Source: Okeania sp. (lineage in GTDB: Bacteria; Cyanobacteriota; Cyanobacteriia; Cyanobacteriales; Microcoleaceae). From it: 29,896 bases of DNA. Below are positions 18,679-26,134 of the stretch, in pieces. The position numbers and the translations under genes were made by a program. Location of the stretch: contig NZ_JAYKGW010000144.1 of the NCBI RefSeq assembly GCF_035285525.1, forward strand, positions 1 through 29,896, given 5' to 3'. Position 1 is the stretch's first letter, and each line of letters opens with the position of its first letter. A model generated the notes under the pieces. That model worked only from the letters and a program-made list of their open reading frames with translations. It searched no databases and was not told where the DNA came from.

Positions 18679-18842
18679 AATGAGCCGTCAACTTGCGATC
18701 GCAAATCCTCAGCGTCAACCATACCCAACTGACCTGAGCGACTCGTATGGGGGAAATACTAAAGCCTCTAGTACCTTTACTTAAAGGCTTTGGTCATCCG
18801 ATAGCAGTGGATTTCCGAGAAATTTTTAACGGTATATTTTAA
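18679..18842 (+). mobile_element. Relic of an IS5-family-like transposase N-terminus (frameshifted and truncated)
   Basis: Frame a reads MSRQLAIANPQRQPYPTDLSDS... and then shifts to frame b, ...GEILKPLVPLLKGFGHPIAVDFREIFNGIF*. This matches the YP(S/T)DL(S/T)D..W..I.PL.P....GRP...D.REI.N(A/G)I.Y pattern of DUF4096-type IS5-family N-termini. It ends where the methyltransferase fragment begins. Confidence 0.5.
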
Positions 18843-19035
18843 TTTGCAACGAATATGCACAGCCGACTTCTAAAGTGTTGCGGATCGTGGAATCACTATT
18901 AATGATAGAAAATAGAAACTCACCTGCTTCGCGATCGATCGTGGAGTGTAGTTTATGAGCTTTCCTGCTACGCCCTACAACCGAGCCTGCTTCATAGATA
19001 TTCTTAATAAATTCGTTCATGTTAAGCATCTTCAT
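18826..19035 (-). pseudogene. Truncated duplicate of the 5' end of the SAM methyltransferase gene at 22862-23626
   Basis: 18854-19060 aligns with 23445-23651 over 207 bp at about 90% or higher identity by eye, including 25 bp upstream of the ATG. The encoded MKMLNMNEFIKNIYEAGSVVGRSRKAHKLHSTIDREAGEFLFSIINSDSTIRNTLEVGCAY then loses homology. Confidence 0.85.
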
Positions 19036-19172
19036 TTTTCCAGCTAACCTATAATTCTAAAAAGACACAAAGAATCTTTAACATTATACTCCTTAAGTGT
19101 GATTTTATCAAGGTTTTATTAATATCATGTAATAAAAATATTTTGATCGAAAATATCTCCAAAAACAACAAT

Positions 19173-20816
19173 CTATCTGTACAAATAAGCTTGTCTCAAT
19201 CGCCGGATAATTTCTCCATGAACTTCACTGCGGATGCGGTTGCCACGCTGACATTGTTCCAGTTTCACATTATCCACGAAAAACTTCACAGCCAGATTAA
19301 TATTAGTAGTACCAAAATCAACTCCCGACACATTTTGCATCCAAATTTTCGGAGATTGCCACAAATCATAAGTTTGAAATCTCTCTTCTATCCATGTCCA
19401 TAATTCTTCGGTATAATCATCCAATTTTGTTTCTGAAACACCCCGATTAGCATTAACAATTTGCTGTAATAACTTGTTCATTCTCTTGATTAAAAAATAG
19501 ATTCTTCTTTCCCACTCACTTTCTAAAACTTTATTATCTGTATGAATTAAATCTGGATCTTTTTGCCAGTTTCGATACCAACTTCTCAGCAAGCTAATTA
19601 AAGCATCTTCATCCATTTTCTGTGATTCTTGCAAATATAATGACTTTTGTCCTTGTTGTTTTTCTGATACTGTTTCCAACCCTACCATTCTCACTATATC
19701 TAAATAATAACCTTGAATTTCTCTAATTTCTCCCGAATCTAATCCTTGCATTTCCATAACCTTAATTTTACTAACTAATTCTGTAATTGCTTTCTGAATT
19801 TGTTCTAGTTTAACTTTAACTCTTTCCTCTGCTATGAGACGTTGACGACCCGCGTCTTTTTTCGATAAAAGATTATCCTCACTTTCTAATAATTGATCTG
19901 TCACCCTGTAAAAATTGTCTATAGCTACCAACTTTTTCTTGATATCTCCTAGTGTATCTGGATGGCTTAAAATCACTTCTTCAATAATTTTGATAGCTCG
20001 ACTGGGGTCGCTATCAGCTCTAATTGGTACAACAATTGTATAATAATAGTTAGAATTAGGACGGCTCAAATTAATCAAATTTTGAGTTTGTAAAGCAGCG
20101 TTAGGCACTAACAAGTCACAATGACTTTCAATTAAATATAAAGTTGTTAACCTAATTCCAATAGATTTAATTACAGCAACTGAGCCATTTTCTAAAGATA
20201 TAACATCACCAAATTGAAATGGTGTATCTACTAATAATACCAAACCACTAAAAAAGTTAGATAAAATATCTCTCAGTGCAAAACCGAGTACAAATGTAAT
20301 ACCACCAAATGCAACCCATAACCCACTTAAATCTATTCCTAATGTTTGGAGGAATAAAAAACTTCCTATTAAGTAGACTAAAATTGGTAGGGTATTTTTA
20401 ATTAAGGGAATTAAAACATCATCCCAGTCTGCTTCTGTTTTTTCTGCATATTTGCTGAGAGAATAAGCAATTACCTGGGTGAATAATTGATTGATTAAAT
20501 AAGTAGTTACAGCAATAATTCCTGCTGTGAATAATCTTTGAATGAAAGGTAAATTTTCTAAAAAGTTTAAACTGTAAGTTAATACTTTCAGAGCAATTAT
20601 GACCAAAAGTATTAGTAGAGGAGTTTGCAAAATGTTGATAGTTAAAATACCTATCTCATTGCTGGAACGCCGAAAGAAAGACTTTAGCGTCCAGAATAGG
20701 ATTAGAGATAAACAAAATCCTAGAACTATTGCAATGACTAAAAGTCCTAATCCCTGTCCAAACCAGGGGGGTAAGTATATGGCTGAAAAGTTTGATGTTT
20801 GTAAAAGTGTCAACAT
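19173..20816 (-). CDS. Mechanosensitive ion channel family protein (MscS-like) with a long C-terminal extension
   Basis: It has several N-terminal TM segments. The MscS core reads RDILSNFFSGLVLLVDTPFQFGDVISLENGSVAVIKSIGIRLTTLY...LLVPNAALQTQNLINLSRP. Confidence 0.85.
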   Translation of the reverse strand: MLTLLQTSNFSAIYLPPWFGQGLGLLVIAIVLGFCLSLILFWTLKSFFRRSSNEIGILTINILQTPLLILLVIIALKVLTYSLNFLENLPFIQRLFTAGIIAVTTYLINQLFTQVIAYSLSKYAEKTEADWDDVLIPLIKNTLPILVYLIGSFLFLQTLGIDLSGLWVAFGGITFVLGFALRDILSNFFSGLVLLVDTPFQFGDVISLENGSVAVIKSIGIRLTTLYLIESHCDLLVPNAALQTQNLINLSRPNSNYYYTIVVPIRADSDPSRAIKIIEEVILSHPDTLGDIKKKLVAIDNFYRVTDQLLESEDNLLSKKDAGRQRLIAEERVKVKLEQIQKAITELVSKIKVMEMQGLDSGEIREIQGYYLDIVRMVGLETVSEKQQGQKSLYLQESQKMDEDALISLLRSWYRNWQKDPDLIHTDNKVLESEWERRIYFLIKRMNKLLQQIVNANRGVSETKLDDYTEELWTWIEERFQTYDLWQSPKIWMQNVSGVDFGTTNINLAVKFFVDNVKLEQCQRGNRIRSEVHGEIIRRLRQAYLYR

Positions 20817-21110
20817 AGTCTAAATTAATTTTGATAAAGGGACTTAATTAATTTTCTGGCTTTCTCCACTTAATGATAAAACGGATCGAGATGGGGAATA
20901 GGGAGGTAAGTAATACACCATAGAAATATCTCCAGAGTATGGAGAGAAAATATTAGATAAACTTCGCTATCTTCAAGCTTGTATGTGTCAAGAAATAAGT
21001 TATATTTATTGGTTTAAAAAGTTAATTTGGTTCAGGTGAAAATTGGCTTTCATCGCTTTGGTGTCATTGAATATGTAAATTTTTGTTCAGCCTTGAACAT
21101 TTCTGGCTTT

Positions 21111-21965
21111 CTACGATTCATCCAATTTGAGTTCTTGACAAGTGAGAGATTGGTATTGTTGACGTTTGAATTCTTTGAAACCGGGAATATGATCGCAGAT
21201 ACGCTTCCAATTAGGATTTTTGGATTTATCGAAACGATCGAGATTTGTTGGGGCAGAATGTTCTTCTTCTTGGTGATAGCAGTAAATAGAGGGTAAGTAC
21301 ACAGGTTTACAGTCGGTTCGAGTGATGATGCGATAAGCAAAATCAATATCTTCATATCCCCAATGCCCATCATATTCTTCATCAAATCCACCCGCTGCAA
21401 TAGCACTCTGGATTTGAAAAATGGTATTACAACCATGAAAGAATGCCCAAGGATGAGGAGTTGTCGCCAATTTTTTGAGATAAGGAAGTCTTCGATCTTC
21501 AATGCGATTATAGTTAGAAGAACTTGCAATTGGAACTGCTTCTGTTAGTTTGTCCCATGTCAGTGGCTCAATATCAGTACGACTGATAAAAATACGTTCT
21601 GCTGTTAATAAAACATTTTGCTCTCGATTCGTTGTATTAATATAGGTACTTAGGTTTGTTAGATAGTGGGGAGGTAAGATAATGTCGGAGTCTAGAGTAA
21701 TCATCCAAGGATATTGGCTGAGTTTCAAGCCGAGATTACGAGAGCGACTTAGGGCGTAGGTCGTTTTTAATTTAGGCTGCTTAATTAAGTAGAGATTGAG
21801 CTTGTCTTTGTAGGCTTCATAAAGGTCATCAAGATTATCCTGACTTGAATTATTATCTACTAAGATAATCTCAAATGGAATAGATTTTTCCTGCCAAAAT
21901 AAGGATTGCAGTGTATTATTGAGAGCAGCCTTACCATTGTAGCAAGGGATTACAAAACTAAACAT
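21111..21965 (-). CDS. Glycosyltransferase family 2
   Basis: FSFVIPCYNGKAALNNTLQSL...FEIILVDNNSSQD (GT-A N-terminal fold), a DxD-like TLDSDIILP, and GGFDEEYDGHWGYEDIDFAYR. Confidence 0.85.
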   Translation of the reverse strand: MFSFVIPCYNGKAALNNTLQSLFWQEKSIPFEIILVDNNSSQDNLDDLYEAYKDKLNLYLIKQPKLKTTYALSRSRNLGLKLSQYPWMITLDSDIILPPHYLTNLSTYINTTNREQNVLLTAERIFISRTDIEPLTWDKLTEAVPIASSSNYNRIEDRRLPYLKKLATTPHPWAFFHGCNTIFQIQSAIAAGGFDEEYDGHWGYEDIDFAYRIITRTDCKPVYLPSIYCYHQEEEHSAPTNLDRFDKSKNPNWKRICDHIPGFKEFKRQQYQSLTCQELKLDES

Positions 21966-21974
21966 AGATACAGA

Positions 21975-22775
21975 TTATTGAGTAAATTGCATGAAGACAT
22001 AATCAGGCTTGATATCTTGAGATGACAACTTTTTGTTCGCTAAAGCTGTCTTGATCCCATAATCAAGCCCACCTTTAATATCAGTATAAAGCGTATCTCC
22101 CAGCATGACGATACTTGCCTTATCTACAAAATTGACATGGGAATGAGCTAGGGCAAATATATCTGGAAAAGGCTTGCCAATATAAATAACCTCTCCACCG
22201 AGTTGTTGATACATTTGGGCAACTGAACCTGCACAGAATCGCTTTTCTCCTAGCAGTGAAAGGGTATGTAAATCAGGATTTACACATAGCATTGTTACTT
22301 TTCTTTCTAGAAAGACTTGAAAATCTTGAGGAGAGCCAAAAGCAGAATCTGTTGCCGTTAGCAATATAAATTCTGCCTCTTGAGGTTGGTTAACTCGCGA
22401 GTAGGGTAAACCCTGCAATAACTGATCATGTTGAGGCTCACCCATATAATAATAACGGGAACCAACAATTGTTTTATTAGTCGCTGTATCAGCAGAAAGC
22501 AGATATCGAGTTGTGTCTCCAGAAGTAACAATGGCTTGATAAAGCGATCGCCTAATACCCAAGGATGAGAGTTGCTCAGACATAAATTCTCCCATTGTCG
22601 GTGTATTGCTAATCAAGACAACGGTTTTTCCCTGACTCTTTAGAAATGTCAGCCACGCTATGGCATGGGGAAAGCATCGTTCGCCATCTATGAGCACACC
22701 CCATAAATCAATAAAAAAAACATCGAATCGATCGGCGAGTTTATGCCAGGAATCAGTACAATTTTTGACGCTCAT
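21975..22775 (-). CDS. HAD-superfamily hydrolase, subfamily IIA (TIGR01459-like phosphatase)
   Basis: Motif I variant is FFIDLWGVLIDG, motif II is VVLISNT and motif IV is MLGDTLYTDIKGG. The stop lies 9 nt from the GT2 start. Confidence 0.8.
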   Translation of the reverse strand: MSVKNCTDSWHKLADRFDVFFIDLWGVLIDGERCFPHAIAWLTFLKSQGKTVVLISNTPTMGEFMSEQLSSLGIRRSLYQAIVTSGDTTRYLLSADTATNKTIVGSRYYYMGEPQHDQLLQGLPYSRVNQPQEAEFILLTATDSAFGSPQDFQVFLERKVTMLCVNPDLHTLSLLGEKRFCAGSVAQMYQQLGGEVIYIGKPFPDIFALAHSHVNFVDKASIVMLGDTLYTDIKGGLDYGIKTALANKKLSSQDIKPDYVFMQFTQ

Positions 22776-22861
22776 AATGTTTCAAGATTGGAGTAGAATT
22801 GGTAGAAAGATTAGAAAAGAAATCTAGAGCAACTGCCGTTGCCTTGTTATCTACTTTGTCT

Positions 22862-23626
22862 TTAAAACGCGTCATCATGCCAGTACCAGTTTCGCTGATC
22901 GTCTTGGATTTTTCTAAGTGCGACCATTCTATTCTCTCGATCTTCAAATATTTCCCCATACAATTTCTTCGATAGGATGTTTGACCATCTTTCTTGCTTA
23001 ATTGAAGACAACATAAACCTTGTACCGACTTGCTTCCATGATTTTGTAAGCTTTTTCCCAACCACTCCCACTTCTTCGTAACACGGGTAATTCTTTAAGA
23101 AATCAACAACACGCTTCACTGATGGAAAGCAGACATCATCAATGGCAAGGATACCCCCTACTCTTAGCAGTCGAGTTGTATAGAAGCAATCTAGCAGTGT
23201 ATGGTCAAAAGTGTGCCATCCGTCTATAAAAATGAAATCAAATTGACCTTCATTTGTTTCTAATAGTTTGGGAAGCGCAAATTCTGATTTCTTTTCGATT
23301 AGGCTGTAGAAATCAATTCCTACCTCCTCCAATTGCTTTATTCCAACACCATCCCATTGGGTATTTTGGAAAGGGTCTATAATAGTGTGTGAAGCGCCCG
23401 GTCGTTCTCTTGTGCCTGAGCAAATATATAGGGAGGAAAGTCCGTATGCACAGCCGACTTCTAAAGTTTTGCGGATCGTGGAATCACTATTAATGATAGA
23501 AAATAGAAGCTCACCTTCTTCGCGATCGATCGTGGAGTGTAGTTCATGAACTTTCCCACTACGTCCTACAACCGAGCCTGCTTCATAGATATTCTTAATA
23601 AATTCGTTCATGTTAAGCATCTTCAT
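22862..23626 (-). CDS. Class I SAM-dependent methyltransferase (Methyltransf_24-like)
   Basis: SAM motif I is LEVGCAYGLSS. FDFIFIDGWHTFDHTLLDCFY and LLRVGGILAIDD are also present. 254 aa. Confidence 0.8.
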   Translation of the reverse strand: MKMLNMNEFIKNIYEAGSVVGRSGKVHELHSTIDREEGELLFSIINSDSTIRKTLEVGCAYGLSSLYICSGTRERPGASHTIIDPFQNTQWDGVGIKQLEEVGIDFYSLIEKKSEFALPKLLETNEGQFDFIFIDGWHTFDHTLLDCFYTTRLLRVGGILAIDDVCFPSVKRVVDFLKNYPCYEEVGVVGKKLTKSWKQVGTRFMLSSIKQERWSNILSKKLYGEIFEDRENRMVALRKIQDDQRNWYWHDDAF

Positions 23627-23652
23627 TTTTCCAGCTAACCTATAATTCTAAT

Positions 23653-23813
23653 TTGACAAGTGAGAGATTGGTATTGTTGACGTTTGAGTTCTTTGAAACC
23701 GGGAATCCGATCGCCGAGTTCGTGCCAGGAATCAGTACGATTTTTGACGCTCATAGTGCTTTAAGATTGGAGTAGAATTGATAGAAAGATTAGAAAAGAA
23801 ATCTAGAGCAACT
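23653..23813 (-). repeat. Chimeric recombination scar: a copy of the GT2 3' end (54 bp) fused to a copy of the aroE-like 3' end / HAD 5' end junction (107 bp)
   Basis: 23653-23706 matches 21135-21188 and 23707-23813 matches 22728-22834. On the minus strand this encodes the relic MSVKNRTDSWHELGDR|IPGFKELKRQQYQSLTCQ (HAD N-terminus fused to GT2 C-terminus). The junction lies at a gcgatc motif. Confidence 0.85.
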
Positions 23814-24598
23814 ACAGCTTGTTCGACTAGCATTCCCAAGCCATTTATTGACGATTTAGCCCCAGAAGCGATCGCCCATTTCTGAAATATCGTGCGATCG
23901 GCAATTTTGTAAGCACACTCCAGACAATGGGTATCTGGGCCAACGATCGCCGGACTTAAGGGTAAGTGATGTCCCTTAATACTGGCTGACGTGGCATTGA
24001 TAATAAAATCAAAAGGCTCTTGAGGAATATTCTTATAAGTGCAAGTGCTGATCAGATCAAAAGGAAAATCCCGTTTAATCCTTTCAAGACGCTCTGGACT
24101 GCGATTACAAATTAAGATACTTTTAGGACATTGGTTAATAAGTTCCATCAACATACCCCGCAACACACCACCGGCACCTAAGACTAATAATTTCTGATTG
24201 CGAAATGATAGTCTATGGTTGCCTTTGACATCTCTGATAAAACCTTCTCCATCAGAATTATCACCGTAAAATACTCCTTGTTCATTACGAATAATATTAA
24301 CGGAACCTGCTTGACGGGCACGTTCTGTTAAAAAATCGCACAATTCAAAAGCTTGAACTTTATAAGGCACGGTGATGCAAATATGGGTTCCTGACTTAGA
24401 TTTTAGGTCTAACATCTTTGCTTTTAACTCTTTCGGATCCACTTCAAACTGTCGAAGTTTCAGGTCTATTCCCTGTGAATGACAGCAGAGTTTGTAGACT
24501 TCTCCTAAACGACTATGAGAAAGAACACGTCCAAAATAGGCAAGTTTAAATTCTTGAATTGAGCTAACAGTACTTGGAGACTTTTGTGTGTATACCAT
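23732..24598 (-). CDS. Shikimate/quinate 5-dehydrogenase family protein (divergent AroE paralogue)
   Basis: ITVPYK (catalytic Lys context), GSVNI, GDNSDGEGF (catalytic Asp context), the Rossmann motif LGAGGVLRG, NRSPERL, INATSASI and NGLGMLVEQA are all present. The N-terminal substrate motif reads SHSRLG instead of the usual HSxSP. Confidence 0.85.
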   Translation of the reverse strand: MVYTQKSPSTVSSIQEFKLAYFGRVLSHSRLGEVYKLCCHSQGIDLKLRQFEVDPKELKAKMLDLKSKSGTHICITVPYKVQAFELCDFLTERARQAGSVNIIRNEQGVFYGDNSDGEGFIRDVKGNHRLSFRNQKLLVLGAGGVLRGMLMELINQCPKSILICNRSPERLERIKRDFPFDLISTCTYKNIPQEPFDFIINATSASIKGHHLPLSPAIVGPDTHCLECAYKIADRTIFQKWAIASGAKSSINGLGMLVEQAVVALDFFSNLSINSTPILKHYERQKSY

Positions 24599-24645
24599 GA
24601 GTTAAAAAATTTATGTTGTACAGATGTTTGACTGGACTAGCAATA

Positions 24646-24775
24646 ATATAGAATCCGGTTACAAGCGTGTATGTTCATAATTCTATCTACAGTTTCTACT
24701 TCTCATCTTCCCACCCTCCCCACCTTCCCCAAACTCCCCTAAATATATAACAAGTATTCAACCGGATTCTATATA
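24646..24775. mobile_element. MITE-like repeat, family 2, between the EamA and aroE-like genes
   Basis: atatagaatccggtt (24646-24660) and aaccggattctatat (24760-24774/5) form perfect terminal inverted repeats. The core has a C/T-rich tract, cttcccaccctccccaccttcccc. Confidence 0.65.
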
Positions 24776-24815
24776 ATAGGTAGCCTTGGTATAGACTTTA
24801 GGGTTTCGACAATTG

Positions 24816-25772
24816 TTAAATAATTTCATCCTGAATCAAGATTTGTTTGTTTACACTTTGACTTAATTGAGCTAAGTAAATTCCAGTTAAAACAACAAAG
24901 AAAGCTATGCCATTCATAACCGTTAATTCCTCGGCAAAAATAATCCAGGCTAAAAAGCCTGTAAAAATCGGTTCGAGCAATATAAAAAGAGAAACAAATC
25001 CTGATGAAAATTGCTTCAAGCTATAAGCCATAATTCCTTGACCAATAACTTGACAGAAAACCCCCAGCCCAATAGCGACTAACCATCCGTTCAGCGAAGA
25101 AGGAAACAGTTGATTTTCAGTCAGCAAAGTTGCCGGAAAAACAACTAATAGTTCTATACTGCAAGCCCAGAGAAGGACTGTAGTTGTCGAAAATTTTTCT
25201 CGTAGTTTTTCCACAAGCATATAAGTCCCTGCATAAAACCAAGCAGAAAGTAAAGCGGCCAGATCGCCTATCAGGTGATCTGGAGAAATATGGAAATCTT
25301 GTATGCTAATTGAAATAGTTCCTCCGAGTCCAAGAACTAAACCGCTCAAAAAGTAATAATCAAATTTTTTGCCTAAAAATAACCATCCAGTCAAAGCGAC
25401 AAATAATGGCATTAAATTATGGAGTAAGTTAGAGTTGGTAACGCTAGATTCTGTTAAAGACCAAGCCCATAACAATACACAAGGTACACTAATCAGACCA
25501 GACATTACACTCAGAACTATATCTTTCTTCGTGTAGGTTTCGGGTTGAATGGAAACACCCTCAATGATTTGGGAGCGTGCTTTCGTAAAGGTTTTCCAGA
25601 CTACTAAAGCAATAATCGCAATCCAAAGACGATTAAAAATAGTTGCCAAAGGGCCGAGTTCGTTTTCGCTGAGTCGAATCAGAATTGAAGCCGAAGATAA
25701 AATCAAAATGGCAGTTGACAAGAGTATCAATCCCATCCAATTTGCTCTTGCTGTTGTTTGTGTGTGTAACAT
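24816..25772 (-). CDS. EamA/DMT-superfamily transporter
   Basis: 318 aa with about 10 hydrophobic segments arranged as two similar halves, typical of drug/metabolite transporter (EamA) proteins. Confidence 0.8.
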   Translation of the reverse strand: MLHTQTTARANWMGLILLSTAILILSSASILIRLSENELGPLATIFNRLWIAIIALVVWKTFTKARSQIIEGVSIQPETYTKKDIVLSVMSGLISVPCVLLWAWSLTESSVTNSNLLHNLMPLFVALTGWLFLGKKFDYYFLSGLVLGLGGTISISIQDFHISPDHLIGDLAALLSAWFYAGTYMLVEKLREKFSTTTVLLWACSIELLVVFPATLLTENQLFPSSLNGWLVAIGLGVFCQVIGQGIMAYSLKQFSSGFVSLFILLEPIFTGFLAWIIFAEELTVMNGIAFFVVLTGIYLAQLSQSVNKQILIQDEII

Positions 25773-26065
25773 TATTCCTGAAATTATTAGCTTGATTTAG
25801 TTCCGAATTTGGTAGAGTTCAAATATCATTCTACAAATTCTATTCAAAATCATCGGTAAAACCTAATAAACAAAACTAATATTTGGATATTTTATTGTGT
25901 ATTTATTCAACAAAGTCAGAAAAACTAGCTTAGACCATAACTAAATCAGTATGAGTCCTGCATACTTTTTCACTCAAAAGTTAGTTTAGTGGTAAACTAT
26001 CTCTGTGAGTAAGCAAAAACTGTAACTTTCTCAGTTATACAAATTAAATAACTAATTGTTTTTTT

Positions 26066-26071
26066 GTATAA
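26066..26071 (+). promoter_or_regulatory. Candidate -10 hexamer (TG-TATAAT) for the AraC-family gene
   Basis: tttgTATAATtttt lies 64 nt upstream of ATG 26135. The -35 is weak (ttaaat). Confidence 0.3.
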
Positions 26072-26081
26072 TTTTTACTTA

Positions 26082-26120
26082 TAAATTGTTTGATTATTTT
26101 TTTTGATGGAGTAGTGCAAA
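26082..26120 (+). repeat. 39-bp direct repeat, right copy (partner at 18303-18341)
   Basis: 37/39 identity with 18303-18341. It lies 15 nt upstream of the AraC-family start codon. Confidence 0.8.
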
Positions 26121-26134
26121 AGATAAGTTAGTTG

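Noticed and set aside
19143-19403. 86-aa plus-strand ORF; also 20599-20823 (+)
   Set aside because: Both are antisense to the MscS-like gene.
21027-21548. ORFs 21027-21296 (+), 21050-21529 (-) and 21363-21548 (+)
   Set aside because: They overlap the GT2 gene in other frames or on the other strand. Only the 21111-21965 frame shows GT-A motifs.
22753-23061. 102-aa minus-strand ORF overlapping the methyltransferase 3' end and the HAD start
   Set aside because: It is an artefact of the duplicated AroE-like 3' end. Its C-terminal 26 aa copy the AroE-like C-terminus, and the rest is an alternative frame of the MTase gene.
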